From: Patescibacteria group bacterium
Lineage (GTDB): Bacteria > Patescibacteriota > Minisyncoccia > Minisyncoccales > PEYH01
Reading direction: 5' to 3'
NCBI GenBank assembly: GCA_034722415.1
Contig: JAYENY010000006.1
Span: 1 to 45,806 of the forward strand
Length of the DNA stretch: 45,806 bases
The position numbers and the translations under genes were made by a program. Below the pieces are notes generated by a model. The model did no database searches. It was not told the DNA's origin and saw nothing but the letters and a program-made list of their open reading frames with translations. Positions 18,910 through 27,081 of this stretch are shown here, one piece after another; within the stretch, counting starts at the first letter, position 1, and each line of letters begins with the position of its first letter.

Positions 18910-19554
18910 TTATTTTAGAAAAGTATCTTTAATTGTTTTGATTGATTCTTCTGATAAAATTAGATATTTAAAAGAAAGAATATCTAGAATATTTAAATTG
19001 CGAGCTTCTATAAGCTCAACTCCTGGGATATTTTTAATTGCCTTTAAAAGAACGTCGTCTTTTTTCGGAACAACAATAAGAGAACTTTTAAGGGCTTCTT
19101 TTTTCATCTTTTTTAATAAATTATTTAAAAGATTATAAAGAATCTTTGTTTTTGGTTCTTCGATTGAAATCTTGTCAATAACTAATATTTCATTATCGTT
19201 GGCTTTAGCGGAAAGCGCGGAAAATAGCGCTGCTCTTCTCATATTTTTAGGAATAACCTTCTTGTAATTCCTATCGTTTCTAGGGCCAAATGTAATTCCC
19301 CCACCCTTCCATATGGGCGATCTACTTGAGCCATGTCTTGCTCGCCCAGTTCCTTTTTGTCTCCATGGTTTTCGGCCTCCACCTCGAACCTCTCCTTTAT
19401 TTTTTGTGTGAGCTGTTACCTGTCTTTTATTTGATTGCATACTAACAACCACCTGATGTATTAAATCTGGATTAAAATCTTTTTCAAAGATTTCTTTAGG
19501 CAGTTTTACTTGCCCTATTTTCTCGCCTTTTTGGTTGTATGTATTGACATTCAT
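18910..19554 (-). CDS. rplD: 50S ribosomal protein L4
   Basis: Track ORF of 214 aa. RGGGRKPWRQKGTGRARHGS motif. Confidence 0.95.
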   Translation of the reverse strand: MNVNTYNQKGEKIGQVKLPKEIFEKDFNPDLIHQVVVSMQSNKRQVTAHTKNKGEVRGGGRKPWRQKGTGRARHGSSRSPIWKGGGITFGPRNDRNYKKVIPKNMRRAALFSALSAKANDNEILVIDKISIEEPKTKILYNLLNNLLKKMKKEALKSSLIVVPKKDDVLLKAIKNIPGVELIEARNLNILDILSFKYLILSEESIKTIKDTFLK

Positions 19555-19572
19555 GGTTTAATTTGGTATGAT
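19544..19572 (+). promoter_or_regulatory. near-consensus sigma70 promoter of cassette B (TTGACA-N17-TATGAT with extended TG)
   Basis: TTGACA at 19544-19549, just downstream on the plus strand of the rplD start codon (19552-19554, opposite strand). A 17-nt spacer ends in TGG. TATGAT at 19567-19572. Confidence 0.6.
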
Positions 19573-19600
19573 ATAAATATCTCATCGGGAGGTGAAGATA

Positions 19601-19777
19601 ATGCGAGTAGTTATCATTCATGCATGTTTGTCGGCGCTAGCAATCTTTGTAACAGGAACACTCATTCACTGGATTACAGGGTCGATTGCATGGGCTTCTA
19701 CCACAGGAGTTACTGTTCTGGTCTTGGCGGGTCTAGATTTTTGGCGCAGGATCCAGAACGGACAGGTGTATATGTGA
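19601..19777 (+). CDS. 58-aa two-TM small membrane protein encoded antisense inside the S10 operon (cassette B)
   Basis: Track ORF 19592..19777 with a GTG start. I prefer the ATG at 19601, 8 nt after GGGAGG (19587-19592). The sequence is MRVVIIHACLSALAIFVTGTLIHWITGSIAWASTTGVTVLVLAGLDFWRRIQNGQVYM. Two hydrophobic stretches. A promoter upstream and a hairpin plus T7 run downstream. Confidence 0.6.
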   Translation: MRVVIIHACLSALAIFVTGTLIHWITGSIAWASTTGVTVLVLAGLDFWRRIQNGQVYM

Positions 19778-19788
19778 TACGCATCTCA

Positions 19789-19842
19789 CACCTCGCACAT
19801 CGCGCATCGAAGGCCACAAGGCTAGAGGTGCGCACTTTTTTT
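19789..19842 (+). terminator. putative intrinsic terminator of cassette B
   Basis: GCGCA(19802-06)...TGCGC(19829-33) stem, or alternatively CACCTC(19789-94)/GAGGTG(19825-30). An inner GGCC-ACAA-GGCT hairpin. Followed by a TTTTTTT run (19836-42) that overlaps the rplC stop codon on the other strand. Confidence 0.5.
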
Positions 19843-20431
19843 ATCCTCTAATCTCTAATAACGTTCCTCTCCTTCCTGGAATTGCCCCTTTTATGGCAAT
19901 CTGATTTTTTTCTTTATTAATTTGTATAATTTCTAAATTTTTAACTGTTATTCTATCTACCCCCATCCTCCCAGGCATTTTCCTTCCTTTTATAACTCTT
20001 TGAGGATAAGCTGATCCAATAGATCCAATTCTTCTCTCTCCGTGTTTTACTCCATGTCCTTTTCCAAATCCGTGAAATCCCCATCTTTTTACTCCACCCT
20101 GAAATCCTTTTCCCTTGGAAATCCCTGTTACAATCACATTGTCTCCCTCTTCAAAAGCTTCTGTATTTATTATATCTCCAATCTTTAATTCAAATTCTTT
20201 AACCTTAAATTCTTTTAAATATCTATATGGTCTTGTTTTATTTGTTTTTTTAATTTTCTTTTCTTTTAGCTTTTCAAATCCAATCTGGATTGCAGAAAAT
20301 CCGTTATCATCTTGCTTTTTTATTTCTGTAACAAAACAGGGGCCTGCTTCAACTAAGGTTACAGGAATTACTTTATTTTCTTTCCAAATCTGAGACATCT
20401 CTATTTTTTTGGCTAGTATAAACTTACTCAT
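19841..20431 (-). CDS. rplC: 50S ribosomal protein L3
   Basis: Track ORF 19841..20455. I prefer the start at MSKFILAKKIEMSQIW (20431), which resembles the canonical L3 N-terminus. Confidence 0.93.
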   Translation of the reverse strand: MSKFILAKKIEMSQIWKENKVIPVTLVEAGPCFVTEIKKQDDNGFSAIQIGFEKLKEKKIKKTNKTRPYRYLKEFKVKEFELKIGDIINTEAFEEGDNVIVTGISKGKGFQGGVKRWGFHGFGKGHGVKHGERRIGSIGSAYPQRVIKGRKMPGRMGVDRITVKNLEIIQINKEKNQIAIKGAIPGRRGTLLEIRG

Positions 20432-20489
20432 TTTTTTATAATTCTTCAGCAACAATTCGTAATATTTCTTTGAAACAAAATACCGGGCG

Positions 20490-20584
20490 CTAACCCGACA
20501 TTTAATGTTTGACGAGGGTTAGTATCCAGTTATTTTAACTGTTGGATATCGTTTTTCATATTTCAAGAACACATTTGGTGTTCT
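20490..20584 (-). other. three tandem stem-loops in the unusually long rpsJ-rplC spacer
   Basis: Plus-strand coordinates. CTAACCC(20490-96)/GGGTTAG(20516-22) with an inner ACAT/ATGT pairing. TATCCAGTT.../...AACTG-TT-GGATA (20523-20548). AGAACAC/GTGTTCT (20566-20584). The spacer is about 160 nt, where rpsJ and rplC usually nearly abut. Confidence 0.4.
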
Positions 20585-20594
20585 GGACTTGACC

Positions 20595-20933
20595 CTAAAT
20601 TTTAATTTGAATATCTACTCCTGTTGGTAGATTTAAGTTAGTCAACGATTCAACTACTTTTTGATCAGATTTTAAAATATCAATCAGTCTCTTGTGCACT
20701 CTAACTTCAAACTGTTCTCTTGCGTCTTTATGAACAAAGCTAGAACGATTAACTGTATATTTGTGAATTTCTGTTGGTAATGGAACTGGTCCACAGATTT
20801 CAGCGCCGTAACGTAAAACTGTCTCAACTATTTGTCGAGCGCTTTTATCTAATACCTTATTATCATAAGCCTTAAGCTTAATTCTAATCTTAGGTAATGA
20901 TGTTTCTGTCTTTTCCTTCGTTTTTGTAGCCAT
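20595..20933 (-). CDS. rpsJ: 30S ribosomal protein S10
   Basis: Track ORF of 112 aa. [14 protein letters not shown] motif. Position after tuf. Confidence 0.95.
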   Translation of the reverse strand: MATKTKEKTETSLPKIRIKLKAYDNKVLDKSARQIVETVLRYGAEICGPVPLPTEIHKYTVNRSSFVHKDAREQFEVRVHKRLIDILKSDQKVVESLTNLNLPTGVDIQIKI

Positions 20934-20952
20934 GTTCTAAAGAACAGTTGAC

Positions 20953-20980
20953 AAACTCCCTTACCTAGATAAGGGAGTTT
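20953..20980 (-). other. perfect 11-bp hairpin between tuf and rpsJ (attenuator or processing element?)
   Basis: AAACTCCCTTA (20953-63) / TAAGGGAGTTT (20970-80) with a 6-nt loop. There is no clear U-run after it on the minus strand. Confidence 0.45.
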
Positions 20981-20986
20981 AGAAAA

Positions 20987-22186
20987 TTATTTAATTATTT
21001 TTGTAACTACTCCTGCACCGACAGTTCTTCCACCTTCTCTGATAGCAAACCTTTGTTTTTCTTCCATGGCAATTGGAGCAATCAACTTAACTGTCAAATT
21101 AGCAGTATCTCCAGGCATTACCATCTCTGTTCCCTCTGGTAGAATAACGTCGCCAGTGATATCAGTAGTTCTAATGTAAAACTGTGGTTTATAGCCCTTA
21201 AAGAATGGAGTATGACGACCACCCTCTTCTTTAGTTAATGCATAAACCTCTACTTCAAATTCTGTATGTGGAGTAATAGAACCAGGCTTTGCCAAAACTT
21301 GCCCTCTCTCAACATCTTCCTTCTTTGTTCCTCTTAAAAGAATTCCAACATTATCTCCGGCTCTTCCTTCGTCTAATATTCTATTAAACATTTCAACGCT
21401 TACAGCAGTAGTTTTGGTAGTTTCTCTTATTCCTACTAATTCTACTTCTTCTCCTGAATTAACTATTCCTCTTTCGATCCTACCAGTAGCAACAGTTCCC
21501 CTTCCTTCAATTGAGAAAACATCTTCAATAGCCATTAAAAATGGTTTATCAACTGGTCTTTCTGGTTCTGGGATATAATCATCTAATGCTTTGATTAACT
21601 CTAGGATTGGCTTAGCTGCTTCATCATCAGCAGAACTTACTTCTACTGCTTTTACGGCAGATCCGCGAATAATTGGGACATCATCCCCAGGGAATTCATA
21701 TTTCTTTAAAAGCTCCCTTATTTCTGATTCAACTAAATCAATCATCTCTGGATCATCAACAGCGTCGCATTTATTTATAAAAACAGTAAGAGCTGGCACG
21801 CCTACTTGGCGGGCTAAAAGGATATGCTCTCTTGTTTGGGGCATAGGGCCATCAACAGCTGAAACTACTAGAATAGCTCCGTCCATCTGAGCGGCTCCAG
21901 TAATCATATTTTTAATATAATCACTATGACCCGGGCAATCGATGTGAGCATAATGCCTCTTTTCGCTCTCATACTCAACATGGGCAATATTAATAGTAAG
22001 TCCTCTCGCCTTTTCTTCAGGCGCAGCATCAATTTGATCTATCGCCTTTTCAGAAGTGCGAAGACCTTTTAATGATAGAACCTTTAAGATAGCTGCTGTT
22101 AAAGTGGTTTTACCATGGTCAACGTGACCAATGGTTCCAACATTAACATGAGGTTTTGTTCGTTCAAATTTTTCTTTCTCTGCCAT
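20987..22186 (-). CDS. tuf: elongation factor Tu
   Basis: Track ORF of 399 aa. [19 protein letters not shown] motifs. Confidence 0.97.
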   Translation of the reverse strand: MAEKEKFERTKPHVNVGTIGHVDHGKTTLTAAILKVLSLKGLRTSEKAIDQIDAAPEEKARGLTINIAHVEYESEKRHYAHIDCPGHSDYIKNMITGAAQMDGAILVVSAVDGPMPQTREHILLARQVGVPALTVFINKCDAVDDPEMIDLVESEIRELLKKYEFPGDDVPIIRGSAVKAVEVSSADDEAAKPILELIKALDDYIPEPERPVDKPFLMAIEDVFSIEGRGTVATGRIERGIVNSGEEVELVGIRETTKTTAVSVEMFNRILDEGRAGDNVGILLRGTKKEDVERGQVLAKPGSITPHTEFEVEVYALTKEEGGRHTPFFKGYKPQFYIRTTDITGDVILPEGTEMVMPGDTANLTVKLIAPIAMEEKQRFAIREGGRTVGAGVVTKIIK

Positions 22187-22274
22187 AATTTTTTTTAATA
22201 ATTAATTATACTAAGCATACTTAAACGACTAAAAAAGTCAAGATGCGTAACTTCTCACGCTTTCTACTCTAGCA

Positions 22275-22586
22275 TTAAAATGGTAAATCTTCAACTGTTA
22301 ATTCATTCGACGGCATCTCTTCTTCTGTAAGTAAATCAGTTCTTTGAATAACTTCTGATTCCTTCTTCCCCATATCTTTCACCTTTTCTGTGCTTTTGTC
22401 AAGCACATTTTCGGGGAAAAGAGAATCTTCCTTTTTTTCTATTACAGAATCCTGTGAAGATTCAAGAGGTAGTGACTGTTGACTGCTTTCAAATGGAGAA
22501 ACAATCAAAATTGGTTCGCCATTCTCTACAATGATCACCTTTGCCCTCTCTTTATCCATTATCTTTTTTAGCTGCTTTAAGTCCAT
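22275..22586 (-). CDS. hypothetical acidic protein; Phd/YefM-like N-terminus, C-terminal ...VEDLPF tail
   Basis: Track ORF of 103 aa. AKVIIVENGEPILIVSPFE resembles the antitoxin-type beta-strand motif. The rest is a Ser/Glu-rich, apparently disordered region. Lies between fusA and tuf. Confidence 0.55.
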   Translation of the reverse strand: MDLKQLKKIMDKERAKVIIVENGEPILIVSPFESSQQSLPLESSQDSVIEKKEDSLFPENVLDKSTEKVKDMGKKESEVIQRTDLLTEEEMPSNELTVEDLPF

Positions 22587-22609
22587 AAATTATTTAATGA
22601 TTTATTTTT

Positions 22610-24712
22610 TTAACTTTTACCCTCGACTATTTGTTGAGTAATGTTAGCTGGAACTTGTTCATAATGACTAAACTCCATTGTAAATCCGCCCCTACCATGA
22701 GTAGTAGACCTTAAGGAAGTAGCATAACCAAACATTTCTGCCAATGGAACAGTTGCTTCTATCACTTTCATGGCTGCCCTATCAAAACTTTCTTTAATTC
22801 CACCCCTTCTAGAGCTTAAATCACCGATTGTGTCTCCAAAAGATTCAGATGGAACAGTTACTTCTAATCTCATAATTGGTTCAAGTAAAATTGGCTTTGC
22901 TTGTCTAGCAGCTGTTTGAAATGCTTGCGAACCAGCTATTTTAAAGGCTGCCTCAGAAGAGTCTACGTCATGAAAAGATCCATCATAAAGAGTTACTTCC
23001 ACGTCTACTATTGGATATCCTGCTATAACACCCTTAGTTAAAGCTTCTTTCACTCCCTTTCGAACAGCAGGAATAAATTCTTTTGGAATAACGCCTCCTT
23101 TAATTTCATCAATAAATTCAAATCCTTCTCCTCTTTCTTTTGGTTTAATCTTTAACCAAACATGACCATATTGCCCTCTACCACCACTCTGCTTAATATA
23201 TTTACCCTCTGCTTTTGATTCGTCAAGAATGGTTTCCTTGTATGCAACTTGTGGTCTGCCAATTCCAGCTTCTACATTAAACTCTTTCTTCATTCTGTCC
23301 ACTAATATCTCTAAATGTAACTCCCCCATTCCTGAAATAATGGTTTCTCCAGTTTCTTCGTCAGTCCTAATTTTAAAAGTTGGATCTTCCTCAGATAATT
23401 TTTTCAAAGCTAATCCTAATTTTTCTTGATCTGCTTTGGTTTTAGGTTCGATTCTAATAGAAATTACCGGCTCTGGAAATGATATTTCTTCTAAAACAAT
23501 TGGATTTTCTATATCGCAAAATGTATGTCCAGTAGTAACATTCTTTAATCCAATAGCAGCTGCAATATCTCCAGCATAAAGCTCCTCGATATCCTCTCTA
23601 CTATTAGCGTGCATTCTCACCATCCTTCCAAATCGAATCTTATCTCCAGTGCTTGAATTTAAAAGCGCGGTTCCAGAAGTTAACTTTCCAGAATAAATAC
23701 GGAAATATGTTAAAGCACCCACAAATGGGTCAGTAGCTATTTTAAAGGCTAAGGCAGAAAAAGGTTCTTCGTCTTCTGCTTTCCTCTGAGTATCTTCTCC
23801 TGTTTTGGGATTCTTGCCAGTAACTGGAGGTAGTTCTGATGGGCTTGGAAAATAATAAATTACGCCATCTAAAAATTGTTGTACTCCTTTATTCTTTAAG
23901 GCAGAACCACAAAATACAGGAACTAAATTACAACTAATAACTCCTTTTCGAATTGCTGCTCTAATCTCCTTTATATCAAGCTCTTTTCCTTCTAAATATT
24001 TTTCTAAAAGATCGTGGTCTTCTGCAGCTACTTTTTCAAGCATTTTATTCCTCCATTCTTGGGCCTTCTCTTTCATATCATCTGGTATGTCTTCTGATAT
24101 TACATTTTCTCCGTGCCCGCCCTCAAATTTCAATAATTTCATAGTAATCAAATCAATCGCTCCAGAAAAATCAGCTTCCTGACCAACTGGAATTTGTAGA
24201 GCTACAGCATTGGATGTAAGCCGATCCAAAATGGTTTGCAAACTATATTCAAAATTTGCACCCATTCGATCTAATTTATTAACAAAACACATTCTAGGAA
24301 CATTATATTTATCTGCCTGACGCCAAACAGTTTCTGATTGAGCTTCTACTCCTGCCACTCCGTCGAATATGACAATAGCGCCATCAAGGACACGTAAAGA
24401 ACGCTGAACTTCAGCTGTAAAATCAATATGTCCTGGAGTATCAATAATATTTATTTTATGTTGCCTTTCTTGATTATCTCCATCTTCTAATGGATGCCAA
24501 AAACAAGTTGTTGCTGCTGAAGTAATCGTAATTCCCCTTTCTCTTTCTTGCTCCATCCAATCCATAACAGCTTCTCCTTGATGAACCTCACCTATTTTAT
24601 GAGAGATTCCTGTGTAAAATAAAACTCGCTCGGTTATTGTGGTTTTACCGGCGTCAATATGGGCAATAATGCCAATATTTCTACATTTTTCCATTGGGAA
24701 TTGTCTGGGCAT
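22610..24712 (-). CDS. fusA: elongation factor G
   Basis: Track ORF of 700 aa. [28 protein letters not shown] motifs. Confidence 0.97.
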   Translation of the reverse strand: MPRQFPMEKCRNIGIIAHIDAGKTTITERVLFYTGISHKIGEVHQGEAVMDWMEQERERGITITSAATTCFWHPLEDGDNQERQHKINIIDTPGHIDFTAEVQRSLRVLDGAIVIFDGVAGVEAQSETVWRQADKYNVPRMCFVNKLDRMGANFEYSLQTILDRLTSNAVALQIPVGQEADFSGAIDLITMKLLKFEGGHGENVISEDIPDDMKEKAQEWRNKMLEKVAAEDHDLLEKYLEGKELDIKEIRAAIRKGVISCNLVPVFCGSALKNKGVQQFLDGVIYYFPSPSELPPVTGKNPKTGEDTQRKAEDEEPFSALAFKIATDPFVGALTYFRIYSGKLTSGTALLNSSTGDKIRFGRMVRMHANSREDIEELYAGDIAAAIGLKNVTTGHTFCDIENPIVLEEISFPEPVISIRIEPKTKADQEKLGLALKKLSEEDPTFKIRTDEETGETIISGMGELHLEILVDRMKKEFNVEAGIGRPQVAYKETILDESKAEGKYIKQSGGRGQYGHVWLKIKPKERGEGFEFIDEIKGGVIPKEFIPAVRKGVKEALTKGVIAGYPIVDVEVTLYDGSFHDVDSSEAAFKIAGSQAFQTAARQAKPILLEPIMRLEVTVPSESFGDTIGDLSSRRGGIKESFDRAAMKVIEATVPLAEMFGYATSLRSTTHGRGGFTMEFSHYEQVPANITQQIVEGKS

Positions 24713-24767
24713 AAATCTTAAATATCGATATGTTTAAATACCGAAACTGTAAAATATTATTTTATAA

Positions 24768-25226
24768 CTACCATCTAAAATGCGCGAATGCTTTGTTGGC
24801 TTCAGCCATTCTGTGAACGTTTTCTTTCTTTTTAATTGCTTTTCCTGTATTATCGGCTCCCTCGAGTAATTCTTTTGCTAATCGTTCACTCATTGACCCC
24901 TTTCCTTCTTTTGCAGCTCCGATAATCCAGCGCATAGACAATGCTAATCGTCTTTCTTTTGAAACTTCAACTGGTACTTGATATTTAGCTCCTCCTATCC
25001 TTCGTGACCTAACCTCTAAAGCAGGTGAAGTATTCTGAATAGCCTTTTCGAAAAGCTCAACTGGATCCTGTTTACCTTTTTCTTTTAAAACCTCGAGAGC
25101 ATCATAAACTATCTTTCGAGCCACGCTCTTTTTTCCTTGTTCCATTACATAATTAATAAATTTAGCAATAATAATATTGTTATAGCGAGGATCTGGAATT
25201 AATTCAATTTTCTTTTTTTTAGCCAT
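24768..25226 (-). CDS. rpsG: 30S ribosomal protein S7
   Basis: Track ORF of 152 aa. Typical S7 C-terminus ...NKAFAHFRW. Confidence 0.95.
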   Translation of the reverse strand: MAKKKKIELIPDPRYNNIIIAKFINYVMEQGKKSVARKIVYDALEVLKEKGKQDPVELFEKAIQNTSPALEVRSRRIGGAKYQVPVEVSKERRLALSMRWIIGAAKEGKGSMSERLAKELLEGADNTGKAIKKKENVHRMAEANKAFAHFRW

Positions 25227-25231
25227 ATTAT

Positions 25232-25642
25232 TTAAACTGATTTTTTGGTTCCATATTTACTTCTTCCTTGTTTTCTTCCTTCTACTCCACCAGCGTCTAA
25301 TACTCCTCTTACAACATGGTATCTAACTCCAGGCAAATCTCTAACTCCCCCTCCCCTTATCATGACTACAGAATGCTCTTGAAGTTGATGTCCTTCTCCT
25401 GGGATATAGGCAGTTACTTCCATGCCGTTACTCAAGCGAACTCTCGCCACCTTTCTTAAAGCAGAATTCGGTTTCTTTGGAGTGCTTGTAAAAACTCTAA
25501 GACAAACACCTCTCTTAAAAGGAGAAGAATGTTTTTTTGGTCTATTTTTTAATGTATTAAAACTAAAATCCGTAGCAGGAGTCTTGCTCTTTTTTATCTT
25601 CCTTTTCCGTCCTTTTTTAATTAGTTGATGTATTGTTGGCAT
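25232..25642 (-). CDS. rpsL: 30S ribosomal protein S12
   Basis: Track ORF of 136 aa. [13 protein letters not shown]-terminus and [16 protein letters not shown] motif. Confidence 0.97.
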   Translation of the reverse strand: MPTIHQLIKKGRKRKIKKSKTPATDFSFNTLKNRPKKHSSPFKRGVCLRVFTSTPKKPNSALRKVARVRLSNGMEVTAYIPGEGHQLQEHSVVMIRGGGVRDLPGVRYHVVRGVLDAGGVEGRKQGRSKYGTKKSV

Positions 25643-25685
25643 ATCGTTGAATTAGCATTTAACATAACAAATCATTAATTTTTTG

Positions 25686-26318
25686 TCAAACCGGGATTCC
25701 TGTTATTAAAGTCATTAACCAGATAACTATTTTGATAATATATTCAAAAAGAAAAAAGATAATAAAAATTAAGACAAATAATCCGTATTGAGATAAAAAG
25801 ATTTTAATTTTTTCAGCGCTTCGAGGTAAAAAGGCAAAAAGAATATGTGAGCCATCAAGAGGTGGAAATGGCATTAGATTAAAAACAGCTAGAATAAGAT
25901 TTATTTGAACAATATATAGAAAAATAAAAGCAATTCCTTGAGTAGGGTAAAATCCCGGCAAAAATCTTAAAATTAATCCAAAAATTAATGCTAAAGAAAT
26001 ATTTGCCAAGGGCCCTGCTATTGCTACTTTTGCACTTCCATATTTCTGGTCTTTAAAATTTCGCGGATTAACTGGTACTGGCTTTGCCCAACCAAAAATT
26101 ATCCCTCCAGTACCAAAAAAATTCATTAAGATTAAAATCCCTGGCAAAATAATAGAGCCAACTGGATCTAAATGTTTCAACGGATTAAGAGTTAAACGCT
26201 TTGCATATTTAGCCGTAGGATCACCTAATGCATAAGCAACCCAACCGTGCGCAACCTCGTGAAAAACCACTGAAAACAAAAAAATGATTATTGCAATTAA
26301 TATTTCTAATCCTGCCAT
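25686..26318 (-). CDS. site-2 protease family (M50) membrane zinc metalloprotease
   Basis: Track ORF of 210 aa, polytopic. HEVAHG zinc motif in the first TM region. NLMPFPPLDG motif. Confidence 0.8.
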   Translation of the reverse strand: MAGLEILIAIIIFLFSVVFHEVAHGWVAYALGDPTAKYAKRLTLNPLKHLDPVGSIILPGILILMNFFGTGGIIFGWAKPVPVNPRNFKDQKYGSAKVAIAGPLANISLALIFGLILRFLPGFYPTQGIAFIFLYIVQINLILAVFNLMPFPPLDGSHILFAFLPRSAEKIKIFLSQYGLFVLIFIIFFLFEYIIKIVIWLMTLITGIPV

Positions 26319-26348
26319 AGTATTGATATCTTAACAGAAAGTGTTATT

Positions 26349-26386
26349 AAAGAAAAGTGCGGCACAGCTGTTATTAGCTCTGCCGC
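26349..26386 (-). terminator. rho-independent terminator of cassette D
   Basis: Minus strand reads GCGGCAGAGCT-AATAAC-AGCTGTGCCGC (10 of 11 bp) followed by ACTTTTCTTT. Confidence 0.7.
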
Positions 26387-26424
26387 GAGTAAATTTGCCA
26401 ATCAATCTTGACTGTTTCCCTTAT

Positions 26425-26694
26425 TCAATCGTCTGAAATAAGGGCTAGAACCCGTTGACAAGCGCTATGAAGAGTCTCTCCTTTCCGACGATTCAAGTAG
26501 ATGTCATTCTTATCCACATAACTTACTCCAGCTTCTTGAGCTTTCTTACCAACAAGAACTTCTTTGATTCTTCGAGCTACTCCAGAATCGTCAGGTGGTC
26601 TTATAACGTAACGCTGGACACTGAGGTCCCATGCGCCCTCAAACTTAACTGTACGACCACAAACTTGAATAGAATACATCAAGAAATTAGGCAT
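26425..26694 (-). CDS. hypothetical soluble 89-aa protein (cassette D)
   Basis: Track ORF. GGGAGG (26699-26704, minus strand) lies 4 nt upstream of the ATG. Visibly higher G+C. Own promoter-like element and terminator. I recognise no family. Confidence 0.6.
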   Translation of the reverse strand: MPNFLMYSIQVCGRTVKFEGAWDLSVQRYVIRPPDDSGVARRIKEVLVGKKAQEAGVSYVDKNDIYLNRRKGETLHSACQRVLALISDD

Positions 26695-26719
26695 TATTCC
26701 TCCCTTTGGTACTGTTCAT

Positions 26720-26747
26720 ATCTTAATGAAATAGAAAAAAATGTCAA
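26720..26747 (-). promoter_or_regulatory. putative promoter of cassette D (TTGACA-N16-TAAGAT)
   Basis: Minus-strand TTGACA at 26742-26747 and TAAGAT at 26720-26725. Confidence 0.4.
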
Positions 26748-26753
26748 ATCTTC

Positions 26754-26782
26754 TTGCCAAATCACAAAAAATAGATTACAAT
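26754..26782 (+). promoter_or_regulatory. putative rpmB promoter (TTGCCA-N17-TACAAT)
   Basis: TTGCCA at 26754-26759 and TACAAT at 26777-26782, about 30 nt upstream of the rpmB ATG. Confidence 0.45.
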
Positions 26783-26811
26783 CTTCATATATTTGATACT
26801 TAAAGAAAACT

Positions 26812-27000
26812 ATGCCTAGAATTTGTGCAATTTGTGGAAAAAAATCAACAATGGGTAGGAAATATAACAAGCTGATGTCTAAATATAATCCTACGCCTAA
26901 AAAACGCAAAAAACCCAACCTTCAATGGGGTATTTTGCCTTCTGGTGAAAGAGCTAAAATTTGTACTCGTTGCAAAAAGACACTGTTAAAACAAAGATAA
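26812..27000 (+). CDS. rpmB: 50S ribosomal protein L28 (Cys-containing form)
   Basis: Track ORF of 62 aa. MPRICAICGKKSTMG...PNLQ...CTRCKK is typical of L28. One of only two plus-strand genes I accept; the other is the 58-aa cassette B ORF. Confidence 0.88.
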   Translation: MPRICAICGKKSTMGRKYNKLMSKYNPTPKKRKKPNLQWGILPSGERAKICTRCKKTLLKQR

Positions 27001-27032
27001 ATTAAGAAAAATATATTGTAGGGTTTTCAATG

Positions 27033-27063
27033 AAAAAACGGAGAAAGATTCTCCGCTTTTTTG
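27033..27063. terminator. bidirectional terminator shared by the convergent rpmB and serpin genes
   Basis: AAAAAA-CGGAGAA-AGA-TTCTCCG-CTTTTTT, a 7-bp stem flanked by an A-run and a T-run. Confidence 0.75.
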
Positions 27064-27081
27064 TTCTCTACTTTTTAAAAA

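Noticed and set aside
19510-19851. Track ORF 19510..19851 (+, 113 aa), and the GTG start at 19592 for the small membrane ORF
   Set aside because: The 113-aa frame has no SD, begins inside rplD on the opposite strand and has an implausible Cys/His/Ser-rich sequence. The GTG at 19592 overlaps the GGGAGG itself, so the ATG at 19601 is the plausible start.
22187-22274. The fusA-side leader of tuf as a structured element or strong promoter
   Set aside because: There are only a 4-bp GCGT/ACGC stem and a TATAAT box without a properly spaced -35. This is not distinguishable from background in AT-rich DNA.
26694-26918. Track ORF 26694..26918 (-, 74 aa)
   Set aside because: It spans the divergent promoter region and lies antisense to rpmB. 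It has no SD and an aromatic/Leu-rich sequence typical of the reverse frames of AT-rich DNA.
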